Assembly (NCBI GenBank): GCA_951406725.2
Contig: OX597827.1
Span: 33,790,001-33,854,000 of the forward strand
Origin: Octopus vulgaris
Lineage: Eukaryota
Reading direction: 5' to 3'
Length of the DNA stretch: 64,000 nt
Part shown: in pieces, positions 50,220-63,570 of the stretch
Numbering within the stretch: the stretch's first letter is position 1
Layout: each line of letters opens with the position of its first letter
Made by a program: the position numbers and the translations under genes
Notes under the pieces: generated by a model
The model's input: the letters and a program-made list of their open reading frames with translations, nothing else
Databases searched by the model: none
Told to the model about the DNA's origin: nothing

Positions 50220-52338
50220 ACTGTCTGCACACATGAAGAGGATGGACAAAGCATATAGATAGTGGTTATAGTACAAAATCAAACCAAACTAAAACCAATT
50301 TTAACCCTTTAACATTTAAATCACCAGATTTGGCCCAAATGTTCGGCCTTATTTTATGTTCAAACTCGTCAGATTCAGTCTCTCATGCATACCCAACAAC
50401 GTCATTCTGAAAATAAACAATCATATCGAAATCTCAAAGCTACGAAACAATGCATGATTAATTCAAAACAATGTGAATAAATAAGCATCACATTTAATAC
50501 AGTAATCTAAATGTGAAAATGTTAAACAAAACCCATTCTGTGTTAGCTATTGTACAAAACACACTATTGTACAAATATTGGCACTTTATTTAATTTAGAA
50601 ATTTGGTTTAAGTTCTCCCTCCTGAACTGCTGTTGATTTGATTTGAGCTCACTGAAACAAATGGTGCTATATCTATGTCAATTTTCTCTGATTTCCACTT
50701 AGCATCTTTTAACTGAAACTAAGCACTGACCCATGAAAGGTCCGTTAAGTAGATAGGATCCCTAATTCTATATTGGCTAAATTTGGTCACTTGTGGAGAG
50801 GCAGGTTGCAAATGAACATCAGGTCAGTCTTGACTCAGTAACCCTAGGATCAAAGGTCTTGCACACTGACCACACTGTCGATTTGTATGTCAGGGGCAAT
50901 AGGGACAATGTATTGTCATTGTCCCTAATATAAAATGTAAACGTATGTTGTTGTGTATTTTTTGTAGTAAGAGGAGTGATGCGAAGATTTGGCGGTTATA
51001 TTTTTTAGTAATTCGGGTGTCCGTAAAAACATCATCGATGGAAGAATACGTGTTTAGGTTTATCTAGGAAAGTTACATTTATATAAACACTGTTATTTTC
51101 TAATTAAAAAGAAAAATAAGTATATGCTATTGTTAAATAAAGAATTGTATGTGTGTGTGGTCGAATCATTTGCGTGAGGATGTACGTTTGTAAACGGGTG
51201 TGAGTGTATGTTGTGTGTTTATTTGAATGTGTGTGAATGTGGACGAATTACAAAATTCATAATTGAAAGGAGATAGATACAGAGAAAGAGAGAGAGAGTA
51301 TGTATGAATGTCAATGAGTGTAAAGTGTGTGCGAGCGTGATAGGAGAGGGTTCGTGTGGGAAGCTGTGATTTGGAGTTTGCATCGGAAAAAAAAAACTAT
51401 AAAAGGATAATGAACAATAAAAATACGGTGATCGAACATGAGAAATAACGCCCACCATATGCTGGAGAAAGATATAGAAGGGGGAAAAAAGTGAAAGAGC
51501 AAGGAAGAGGAAAGAAAGGAAAGAGAAGAGAAGGAAAATAAAAAAAAAACAAATGAAAAAGAAAGACAAGAGAGAAAAGGTTAATTAGAAAATGAAAGGA
51601 TGGATATATAGAAGATAGAAAGAATGAGAATGAGGCAAATATAGAAGAGGAGGTATGTATGAATATAAGGAAGAAGAGAAAACTGAGGGAAAGGGAGGGG
51701 GATATAAGAAAATCGATATTACCGGTCAAATAACAGCGCAATATATTTAGGTTGTTCCCCTCCCCTTTTCTATTGGAGTATCAGGACCAATAGCTTTCTT
51801 TCAGTCGCCAGGCACAAACAAATACTTATAATTTCTTATTGCTACTATTATAGCTATTGTCATCGTTATAATTGTTATAGTTTGTTATTATTTTGTCTAT
51901 CCCTGCTATGTTTTGGGAAAAGCAAAATCATAATGTGATGTTTTGATATACGTTTCTTGAGAGGACTGCTAGGGTGATTTTTCTACTTGGCCTGGTTGAA
52001 ACTAACATCAAATAACTGGCCTGACAAACGATCGGGTGTATAGCAACAGAGGGCATTTATATTTGGTTATTCTTTAACGGATGGTTGAATAGCCGTGTCC
52101 AAACGAAGTTGGGTCGGTCGGTCAGCAAACACACACACACATATGTATGTGTATGTGTACATATAAACTTTTTTATACTGCGTTCTTGTTTGTTTGTTTC
52201 TTTCTTTGCTGTTAGTTTGCTTGCATTCAAGATCATTTGACAAGATTCAAAAAGGCGGGGAGCCCTACTTAAACGAAACTCTGGTTACAGCTATACCAAT
52301 CCAGAAGTAAATATACATTAAAAAAAAAACCTCCTTAC

Positions 52339-52445
52339 CTTGAAATATTAAAACCAGGACATAAATGACAAACTACAACAATGAGTAGCAGCAATAACAA
52401 CAAAGCAACAATTTCTTTTTTTCTCTCACTGTTCACTCGCACCGG
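52339..52445 (-). other. Candidate first (non-coding) exon of the zinc-finger gene; upstream boundary uncertain
   Basis: Strong donor 'ttcaag|gtaagg' (GT at 52338-52337) in a locally CpG-containing, TE-poor region. Confidence 0.35.
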
Positions 52446-53399
52446 GCAGTTTTCGTTTGTTTAAACAGTTGTTTTTTCTTTTCGTTTTATTTTCTTTGTT
52501 GTTATAGTTTAGCCCCCGGTCAATCTTAACTGAGTAGAACCATGATCAAATTCATTCGCAGTGACCACATCGTTCTTCTGTTTGGTATTTCATACTTAGA
52601 ACTACATTAGCCAATATGTCCCTCTTTTCCCCCCAGGAGAACAGGGTGTAATTTAAGAGAGGTTTCACTGTTATTCTAGCTAGTCGAGAAACCACAGAGA
52701 TTCTCAAACTGTTCATTAAAAAAACGTGTCGATAGCAAATTTGTTAAGAAGCCTTTACACACACACACACACACATTTTTACAATTTATTTCTTAACTGA
52801 CCTTTTTTAAGAATCAGAAAACACACACGCACGCACACACATACACAAGAAGCGTGTGTGTTTAACTTTTATATGACGTATTTATAGCTTAAGACAAAAA
52901 AGAAAAAAAAAAAGAACGTTGCCTCTTTGACAAAGAAGAAATTTGGTAATGAACCAGAATTGAAATGGTTAGAAATTCTTTTTAACCTTCGGAGCTAATG
53001 AAGTGGATAATTTTGCAAACGAATACTTTGGATATAATTTAAACAGACATCTTACACAAAAGTCCAATAGAGTTGTAATCAAAACGGAACGTTTTGGGAA
53101 AAGGCTTTTTTTCTGCAAAACAATAGGATACGAGTATAAGCTAGAACGGCATCACACAGATACCATGGTGTTACGGAGCGTTTAGAACAAAAATGAAAAC
53201 ATAGTGATGTACATAAAATATATATACATGATATGCATGTGTGTAGGTATATAAATGTGTAAATCAAAAAAATAAAAAAAGAGGAAGAAACGACAAAAGT
53301 CAATCAGACGTACACAGTAAATATATTAGAGTGACGCTCAGTGAAAGAAGTTTTAGATGGAAAAATAGGAATGGAAATGACATTTCGAGCATGGCCCTT

Positions 53400-53658
53400 C
53401 GTATACGTACATCCATCCATCCACCCATCCATCCATACACACACATATGAATATGTGTGTGTGTGTGTGTATATATATATAATATATGAGGGTATATACG
53501 AATGCGGAGAAAAACTGGCATATAGTTAAATGCACAAACCATGAGACATATTTGAATAGGTACATACACATAGATAATTGGGTACATAATGGTGTATATA
53601 CATACAAATGATGGATAGACAGGTACGTAAGATGGATGACCAGATATATCAATATGTA

Positions 53659-53708
<50 letters not shown>

Positions 53709-54801
53709 GGTATATATATATATATATGAGTATATATATATATATATATATATACTATACACACACACACATGTATATATTGTGGGTATGCAACAGAATA
53801 ATAGTTTATAATTGATAAACTCCGTTACATATTTGAAGAGTTATATGTATGTATCTGTTCATTAGGGTGTGTGTGTGTGTATGCTTTCATAATTCTTACT
53901 CATTGCTACACCCGTCTACTTCAGCGTATGCGAGCATACACACACACACACATACACAAATAATACACTTAGAAACGATATACGCACATACATATGAAAA
54001 CCTACAATCACGCACACAGCATACGTACACACACCCGCACATACATATGCAGAATCACATATATAATAACACACACACACACACATACTCTGAGTATAAA
54101 ATCAATGGGAATAAATTGCCAAAAATTCTTACGTCACACAGTAAACGTCGGCTGTTTATAACAAAGTGTCAGACTTGCAGGGAAAATAAATTTTACAGAA
54201 GGAATTAAAAAAAAAATCAACAACAACACTTACACACACACTTGCGCGCGCGCGCAAACACTTTCTATGTGTTTGTGTGTGTGTGTGAGAATATATAAAA
54301 AGACTATACAAAAATATATCAATGATATAAAATATAGTAACGAAAAAATGAAAATTTGCTAAAAAAAATTGAGGAGCTGAAAAAATAAAAGTAAAAACTA
54401 TAATAAAAATATAAAAATATTAGAGAAGAAAATAAATTAAAAATGAACAAAATAAAAAATATTCTCCCCCTCTTTTATTTCCCTAAAAACAAAAAAATAT
54501 CCAAAAAATCTAATAAATTAACTCCGCCTCCCTCTCCAATGTTATTTATCTTTCTCTCTCGCTCTCTACCCTCTCTTTCGATTCCACGTCTCTCCCACCC
54601 CAACTCCTTCCATCTCTTCTACAGTGTCTCCCCTACTCTTCCTCCACTCGCTAGCCGCACCAAAGTTAATTATTCTAAATTGATTAATGTTAAATTCTCT
54701 GGAATTCTCTGGCGAATTGAAAGATTCAATTTACCAATATTGTGTCAGGGAAACGTTGGGTGGTGGAGCTGGTCGCGACGGTGGCGAATTTAAAGGAATA
54801 C

Positions 54802-54837
<36 letters not shown>

Positions 54838-55322
54838 CACACACACATACATAACTGCATATGTGTGTGTAGTGTGTATGTATAAACACGTACACAGGCA
54901 GATTCCCACATATTGTTGGAATAACACACGCACACAAATTTATAGGTACGTATACGTTCACACACAGACACACAGGCATATATAGCCTTATAAGCAGGGT
55001 ATGTACATACGTACCTTGCATATACATAAACTGAGATACGTACATATATAAGAAATAGAGGCAATTAATTTACATGTATATACATCTGTATTTCCCCTAT
55101 AAAATACACATAAACGTATGCATACAGACACACGCATGTGCGCGTATTAGTCTCTGTGTGTGAGCAATAAACAACGGAAGAAAGGGTGTATGATGCATAC
55201 ATACACACATGCATATATATATATATACATATATATATAAGCATATATATATATAAATAAATATATATATATAAATAAATATATATATATAAAATATATA
55301 TATATAATATATATATATATAT

Positions 55323-55396
<74 letters not shown>

Positions 55397-56550
55397 AGAG
55401 AAAGAGGCAGACAGACAGAATTTCTTAAGAATATCTTCTTCCTCTATCGATGTTATCTTTGCTTTGTGTTGGTAAGAGAAAATATAAAGGGGACAGCAGA
55501 AACGGACAGAATGAATGGCTGGTAGAAGGCGGTAAGGGGTGAGCGAGAATATAACATCAGTGGGAGAGCGTGGCCAAGAGATATAGAGGAGGTGGGGAAT
55601 GAGATAGAAAAAGAGATAGAGCAATAAATAGTAAGAGGGAAATTAAAATAAATAGCATATATTTATTTTTCATAACCCACCTCTCTCAGTCGCTGTCTGC
55701 CATTTCGTATACATACATACACACACAATCACACACGTATATGTACATTTGTATGTATATAGATAGCTGTATGCATTTGTGCGTGTATATATGTGTATGT
55801 GTTTGCACATACACCATACACTTACATTCATACACACACACACAGATATATATGTGTGTCCGTGTGAGTGTATGGTCGTGCGTGTGTGCATATATGAATA
55901 TGGGTATATATAGGTATATGTGTATGTGCGTGTCTATAAAATTCAGAAATGGAAGAATTCTTGAAAGAAAATATACAAAAAGACAAAAAAATAATGAAAA
56001 TAGCAAGAGGTGGGGGAGGAAGTAGTAAATCGGAGAGGAGGAAAGGAACGAAGAAGACATAGAGAAGGAGGAGAATATGAGAGGTTAGGGTTGAGTGAGA
56101 AGGAAAATAGATAGTATAGAGGGGAAGGAGGAGGTGGAGGCATAGGAACAACTAAAAAAATAAACGTGGATAGGTAAATAGATAGAAGAGGAGGGGAAGG
56201 GGTGGATGTAGAAGAGATGACAGTGTGTATGTTTGAATGAGTATGTAAGTGTGTGTGTGTATAGATGTGCATGTGTGGTTATATGTGTGTGTTGTGTTTA
56301 CTTTAGCTGGAAATAATGAAATGAGATTTACAAGGGAAGAGAAGGAAAAAAAGAAAACAAAACAAAACAGGGAGAAGAGGAGAGAGAGAGAGAAAGAGAA
56401 AGGGAGACAGAGTGAGCGCCAGAGAAAGAGACGGGGGAAGAAAGGGAGGGAGATTCATAATGAGTCTCAGGGTGACGGGGTGGGTGGATGGAATGCGAAT
56501 GAGGCTTAAAAATAACAATAATTGTTGTATCCGCCGCCGTCACCTCCTCC

Positions 56551-56584
<34 letters not shown>

Positions 56585-56684
56585 ACTCTATCATCATTAG
56601 TAGTCGTAGTAACAATATTTTTATGGAAATTGTTATCCACCTCCTCTACCTCTCGACCATCATTATCAAACACCCTGCATCACC

Positions 56685-56716
<32 letters not shown>

Positions 56717-57475
56717 CAACAGTAACAACAACTACAACACCGGTATTTATTCTGTATGAGCAGTAGTAATTATTAAACCTCCATTGCCATCATGATCATA
56801 GTCATAATCATCATCGTCATCATCATCACCACCATCACCACCACCACCATCATCATCATTAGCATCGCCGCCACCAAAATCATCATCATTCTTACCACAA
56901 GCATCATCAAGCTCATTATATAATAAAATTATTGTATTTCATATCACCACCACAACTGTCACAATCTCTATCATCACCACCGCCACAATCTTCATCATCA
57001 CTACTACCACCGTCACTATCACCCCCACCACCATTATCACCGCAATAATTATAACTAGAAGCAGCAGCAGCAGCACCACCACCACCACCACAACCATTAT
57101 TACCATTATTTTTTATTATTTATTCATTAGATTGTGAAAAGAATGGATCCTGGGAAAAAAAACCCACCCCCTTTCCCCTCTTTCCATAAAAATATATATT
57201 TTCAAAATTTATTTCATTTTATATTCAATTCTATGGTGGCGGTGGTGGTGGTGTGGTGGTGGTGTGGTGGTGGGGTGAATGACTGAGGGGTTACATTGTT
57301 CTTGGTGAAGTGGACATGAGAGAAAATGAATAGGACACACACACATACATGACAGATACATATATAAAAAGGCTTACACACACACATATATAATATGAAT
57401 GTATGTGTGAATATGCATATTTTCATTTAATAAACTTAATAATTAAACACGTATATATATATATACTTATACATA

Positions 57476-57509
<34 letters not shown>

Positions 57510-57734
57510 CAATTATTGTGTATGTTTGTCATTCAATAATTACTAGTACACATTAACATACATATAAATGCAGTGCAGTGGTGTATATATATATATATAT
57601 ACATGAATTCATATACACATATACATGGACGGACACACGCACACACACACACACACATATATGCATAATTATTTACAATGTGTATTTATGTATCTATATA
57701 TTTTCATATACCTATGCAAATTCATATACATATA

Positions 57735-57769
<35 letters not shown>

Positions 57770-58240
57770 ATCCCCCACTCTCTCTTTATATATAAATATG
57801 TACACACACGCACACTGACAGCAATGTACCATTCTATCCACTCCCAATTATAATAATATTCATAGAAATTTGGGATATTTCCATTTAAGGGATGTTTTGT
57901 AGGCTGTTGAAATTTCAAGGAAGTGATGGTGGGTTAGTTTTAATGATTTTTCTAGGAAGACCTGAATTCTTTTTTGTATTTATTGAATGTGTATGGGTGT
58001 ATGAATGTTCTGTGCCTGTGTGTGTACCCATACAGACATATGTGTGTGTGTGTATGTATATATACATAAATGTGTGTATGTATGTAACATACTTCATGTG
58101 TGCATTCATTGATTCCTACACATATATCGTTGCATAGAGTTAAATGGTTGTGTGTTGTCAAAATGTATGAATATATATGTGTTTCTATACTGCTGTATAT
58201 ATAATTTTGTGTGTGAGTGTATATATATATATAAACTTAT
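53400..58240. repeat. Low-complexity, microsatellite-dense tract ((TA)n, (CA)n, (GA)n, (CAC/CAT/CAA)n)
   Basis: Directly visible; source of many spurious ORFs. Confidence 0.9.
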
Positions 58241-58702
58241 AAAATTGACATACAAATTGGGAAAATTTAACTATATTTATGTAGACTGAACAGCCTTGAT
58301 CAATTTTTTTAACTGTATTCAGTTCTCATTAGAAGTGACTTCATCATTTGACCAATCCTAGAGAAAGAAGTAGCCAACAAATCCAGTAGCTTCAGAGATC
58401 TGGAGCTACTAATTTGCATAAAGTATTTCAGACATTATTTAATATTTCTGTCTGTCTGTCAACAAGGATCTCAAAGCAGTACCAAACTATTATATAATAT
58501 ATCTAACTGATGTATAGGACACAAATAAGACAAATTTAACTACTCTGCAGACTGAAGAAAATGATGAATAACTTTAATTGATTTTCAAACCTTATGGGGT
58601 TCTAATCAGATGTGCTCTCTCACTCTCCGTATCTCTTTCTTTCTCACTCTTGGCGATTTTTTACCTCCTTCTTCCTCTTCTTTTGGACTTTCCTATGTCT
58701 CC

Positions 58703-58739
58703 TGTTTCTGAAGAAGAGCTTTGCTTGAAATGTAAAACA
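58703..58739 (+). ncRNA. Minimal hammerhead motif in a PLE terminal-repeat fragment (about 58610-58860)
   Basis: tgttt-CTGAAGA(58708-14)-a-gagc-ttt-gctt-GAAA(58727-30)-t-GTA-aaaca. Confidence 0.65.
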
Positions 58740-58874
58740 AACCACTCTTTCTTTCCTTTTCTGAGCGTCTTATTAATACTTTGCATGTACCACATTCTCG
58801 CATTGTTTTATTTCTTGATTTTTTTCTCTCTGTTTATTTTTTTGATTAATTATATATAATCAAAATCAAATTTG

Positions 58875-59402
58875 ATGACTGGCACCCGTGCTAGCAGGGT
58901 GCAAAGAGCACCATACGAGTGTGATCGTTGACAGAGCAGCTAACCGGCTTCCGTGCCAGAGGCACATAAAAGGCACCATTCAAGTGTGATCATTACCAGC
59001 ATCGCCTTACTGGCACTTGAGCCCCGTGCTAGTAGGGTATTAAGAGCACCATCCGAGCGTGATCGTTGCCAGAGCAGCTAACTGGCTTCTGTGCCAGTGG
59101 CACGTAAAAGGCACCATATTGCCTTACTGGCACCTGTGCCGGTGGCATGTGTAAAAAGATTCGAGTGAGGTTGTTGCCAGTACTGCCTGACTGGCCCCTG
59201 TGCCGGTGGCATGTAAAAGCACCCACTACACTCTTGGAGTGGTTGGTGTTAGGAAGGGCATCCAGCTGTAGAAACTCTGCCAGATCAAGATTGGAGCCTT
59301 GTGCAGCCATCTGGTTCGCCAGCCCTCAGTCAAATCATTCAACCCATGCTAGCATGGAAAGCAGATGTTAAACGACGACAATGATGATGATGATGATGAT
59401 GA
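58875..59402 (+). mobile_element. Repeat family C, longest copy (about 6 tandem units)
   Basis: Units centred near 58886, 58952, 59025, 59090, 59135, 59200, then the common tail and (GAT)n. Confidence 0.88.
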
Positions 59403-59459
59403 CATATATATATATAAATATATAATACATATTGAGTGAGTGGAACAGGTAAAATCCAC

Positions 59460-59541
59460 ACTACATATGTTTCCTAGCTAGCAGCTCCTCTGATGTAATG
59501 ATTACTCAATGAGAGATACTCAACCGGCTACTCATCAGGCT
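59460..59541 (-). ncRNA. Hammerhead-like motif, palindromic CATATG helix III, 58-nt stem II region
   Basis: Minus strand: gc-CTGATGA-gtagc...gctag-GAAA-catatG-TA-gt; stem I weak. Confidence 0.5.
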
Positions 59542-60287
59542 GAAGATACTTTAATTATATGAAGGTTACATTGTTGTTAAGGAAATCCAAGTTTTTTCAG
59601 CATATAGATTCCAATATGGGAAAAACTTACAACCTTTGATGCCAATAAATTATTGTTCCTGAACGTTGTTTTTTATACTTACCACGGACTGCTCAAAGCT
59701 TACAAACTTTCTACACTTAGATCCTTGGATTTTACAATTACATATCAATATATATCATCATCATCATCATCATCATCATTTAGCGTCCGTTTTCCATGCT
59801 AGCATGGGTTGGACGGTTTAACTGGGGTCTGTGAAGCCGGAAGGCTTCATCAGGCCCAGTCAGATTTGGCAGTGTTTCTACGGCTGGATGCCCTTCCTAA
59901 CGCCAACCACTCCGCGAGTGTAGTGGGTGTTTTTTACGTGATATATATATATATATACAGCACCTACTTTGTATACCTTTATTTACTTCGGAAGAGATTC
60001 GACTTTCAAATAATTTAAAATTTAATTAATTTTCTGAGAGCCTGAATTGAAACACCTGTAAGGGATGTTTGTCAATTTTTTAATTAATAAATAATAATTA
60101 ATTAATTACTTCCTATTCTCTCATCTTATTATTATAATAAATAAAATATATATAAACCATGGTTTATAAAGTTACCTTGCATGGAGTTTTAAATATAATG
60201 TTCAATACTCTTTGTATAGTAGGTAATTAACCAGTACTTTCATAGGATTTTTCTATTCCTTAATGAGGTTTGAAACCTTTAATTGTG

Positions 60288-60342
<55 letters not shown>

Positions 60343-60372
60343 ATATAGATGTATATGTATATATAGATGTAC

Positions 60373-60425
<53 letters not shown>

Positions 60426-60462
60426 TACTTATATATATATAGATAGATATATAAAATTATAA

Positions 60463-60935
60463 ATTAGGGTATCTACAAGATACCATCGTGCTGAAAATAG
60501 CAGCACTGATCTGACTCTAAAACCACCTTAATTGTCCATATACCAACACGGAGAGAAAACAAAGAGACAAGATGAAACTAGTAAAAAATTACTGGATAAT
60601 TCTAGATCCTGGATTTCTGGATGGTCAAAATATCACCGCAGTAAATACAGTGATGAAATAAATTTAAATTTATATAAATAAGGATAAGATCGTTAATTTA
60701 AAAATAAAATAATGATTTTATCAAGTGGTTAGTATGGAAAAAATTACCTTCAAAGGTAATAATTATTAGAATTACGAATTAGGGTATCTACAAGATACCA
60801 CCATGCTGAAAATAGCAGCCATGATCTGACCCTAAAACCACCTTAATTGTCCATATATCAACACGGAGAGAAAACAAAGAGACAAGATGAAACTAGTAAA
60901 AAATTACTGGATAATTCTAGATCCTGGATTTCTGG
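60463..60935. repeat. Direct duplication of about 158 bp (60463-60620 and 60778-60935)
   Basis: Both read 'attagggtatctacaagatacca...ctagatcctggatttctgg' with few mismatches. Confidence 0.9.
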
Positions 60936-60974
60936 CTTTGCATTTAGGAATGCTTTGCTTCATCAGTAGAATTG

Positions 60975-61323
60975 CCCCAAAAAGGATGAAAGGCGAAGTC
61001 AACCGCAGCAAAATTTGCTCTCAGTACATACAGACAAAGCACTACAAAGCATTTTGCCTGGCACGCTAATGATTTCGCCAGCTTGCCACCTTAAAAATAA
61101 TAATAATAATCCTTTCTACTATAGGCACAAAACCGGAAATTTTGGCGGAGGGGACGAGTTAATTACATCAACCCCAGTGTTTCACTGGCAGCTTAATTTA
61201 TCGACCTCAAAGGGATGAAAGGTAAAGTTGACCTCTGCAGAATTTGAACTCAGAACATAGCGACAGGTGAAGTACCGCTAAGCACTTTGCTAGGTGTGCT
61301 AACGATTTTGTCAGCTTGCTGCC

Positions 61324-61361
<38 letters not shown>

Positions 61362-61705
61362 CTTTTATCTTTCATTCATTTCAGTCATCAGACTGCAGCC
61401 ATGCTGGGGCACCACCTTGAGGAATTTTAGTCAAGCTAATTGACCCCAGTACTTATTTTTTCTAAAGCCTGGTACTTATTCCTATCGATCTCTTTTGCTG
61501 AGCTGCTAAGTTACAGGTTGTCAAGGGTGGGGAACAAACAAACAAAAAGATACACACACACACATAGATAATGGGCTTTTTTCAGTTTCCATCAACAAAA
61601 TCCACTGAAGGCTTTGAACGGTCTGAGGCTATAGTAGAAGACACTTGTCCAAAGTTCCATGCAGCTGGAGTGAACATGAAACTATGTGGTTGGGAAGCAA
61701 ACTCT
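60975..61705 (-). mobile_element. Two SINE B copies (60975-61092, 61110-61325) followed by a SINE A copy (61362-61705), separated by (AAT)n
   Basis: Family diagnostic motifs in reverse complement. Confidence 0.85.
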
Positions 61706-61989
61706 GCTATTAGGGTGATGGATGAGGAAGACAGTACAGAGACTGTCATAAAAGTGTTGGTTTACATATAACAAAATGATAAAAAAATATGTAAATGGTA
61801 AACATGGTATATATAATAAAAATAGAAGTATACATTGTATATATCAATAAAATAAAAAGGGGGATGATAGTGATGTGATTATTCGGATACAGGAGGACCT
61901 CTAGAGCCAATCGAGGAACACCACCTTCCAAGGCACCACCATCCAAGACACCATCATCCAAGATCTCCCTGAACACTGCAGTTAATTGC

Positions 61990-63570
61990 CCACTCCATTT
62001 CATGTTCTCTGACTTACAGGTCTACACTGTAAGTTGGATTGGCGCCATCCTTTCTTGTCATCTTTGCAACCTTCAATAAATTCACTCAAGGATGGCATTT
62101 CCCTCTCTACCCTCACCTTTTCAAGTGAAACTTGAAAAAGTCAATGAGGGCTCTGCCAAACAGGAATATCTCTTCCCTCATGTCTTTCAGCCTCGTCCTC
62201 ATCATAATCACCATCAGACAAAAGAAAGGCGGCAGGGTAGTCAACATTATGGACTTGGCTAATAGATCTGTCTCATGTGCGACTGCAGCTGTTTGACATA
62301 ATTCCACAAGTAAGCAATGTCCAGACACTGAATGAATGCTTGTAGAATGGTTTCCTTACTCTGCATGCACCTTGGACAAGTCAGTCTGATTGCACATTAG
62401 AATCTGTAGAGTTTATCTCAAACTGGTAGTGTACTTTGGTAGAACTGTCAGGCTAAGGACTTCTGGATGTTATCCATGGTACTCCTCGACTGGAATCCTC
62501 CAGAATAGACTAGCATTTTGTTTTTGAGGACATCCAAAGTTTCCTCAAGAATGTCGTTGCTCTTCCCTGCCACTAATCCTCTATTTATTGCTAAAGCAGA
62601 ACATCTACCATTTCCATTGCCTGACTGGTAAAGGGCTGTGAGCATCTTATGACACTCTAAGGGCTAGGCGCCCACTCTGGGTTTTTTTTTCTCTCCAGGA
62701 CTGCAGCTTCATCAAGGAGACGAGCAGAAAAACATGTCTCCTGAATGGAACCTACACATATTCAACCTCTGGTAATCTTTACAAGTGGAGCAACCTCAAC
62801 TCATGTCTGTACATCAGCAGCCACAGAATGCTTAAGCTGTCACACAGTAGGTGATGGTAGAAGACTAACAGCCTGAACACTGGAACATGTCAGTTCCACA
62901 AGAAATTTATAACAGGCATTCCAACCTAATCAAGCAGTAGCCAAGGCAAGACACGCCGGTCAGGCAGTAAATAATAATGGAGGCGATGCAGGAATTCGCC
63001 ACCTTTGCCCATCCCTTCAAGGACAGCTTCCTCTCTGCTCTTTTCTGAGTAAGACTGGTCACCCTGTTTGTCAGCATGTCATAGTTGTTTTCCATCTGGA
63101 AATCGGGACTGAACCAGACCTTGAACAGTTTAACTGGTCCATCAGTCCAGCTTCTAACAATGCTGTCTAACAGTATAGACCTGCATCTTTAGCTGTCCAG
63201 TCACAAACCTACTAACTTGTTGGCATTGATTTTGGCTCCAGCAATAAATTTGTATTGCTTTCTTATGGTGCTGACAATTTCCACTATGGAGACATCCAAC
63301 ACCATGATGGTGGCGTCATCTGTATGTATGCCCCTCAACTGTTCCAACTTCAGCAGCAGTGGCTCAAGAGCCAGTATGTACAAAAGAAGAGACAGTGGGA
63401 TACTGTGACGGACTGAGCGTGCAATGTGAAACGGTTTTGACAGGTGACCGTTTTTTTTTACCACCGAGAAGGTACTGCTCTGCATTGCAGTGGTCCAACC
63501 TCTGAAAACTGGTCCAAACCCAGCTGATTTCAGGATGGCTTCTAATAGCGTGTATCACACAAGGTGGAGT
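61990..63570 (-). mobile_element. L1/Tx1-clade LINE ORF2 remnant
   Basis: NGHLSKPFHIARSVRHSIPLSLLLYILALEPLL (RGVRQGCPLSP-type), TDDAT (YADD), GAKINANK, RKLSLKGWAKVANSCIASIIIY, CPRCMQSKETILQ; stops and frameshifts. Confidence 0.88.

Noticed and set aside
54695-54720. Heat-shock element-like 'ttctctggaattctctgg'
   Set aside because: Does not give three correctly spaced nGAAn units
53300-58161. Numerous [12 protein letters not shown] and poly-His/Gln ORFs
   Set aside because: Dinucleotide and trinucleotide repeat artefacts
58875-59230. CRISPR-like repeat-spacer appearance
   Set aside because: Spacers are mutually homologous, repeats are degenerate, the array is part of a dispersed eukaryotic repeat, and no cas genes are present
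60031-60063. Hammerhead motif as a listed feature
   Set aside because: Core has a deletion (CTGAGA) and stem II does not pair; kept only as a possible relic
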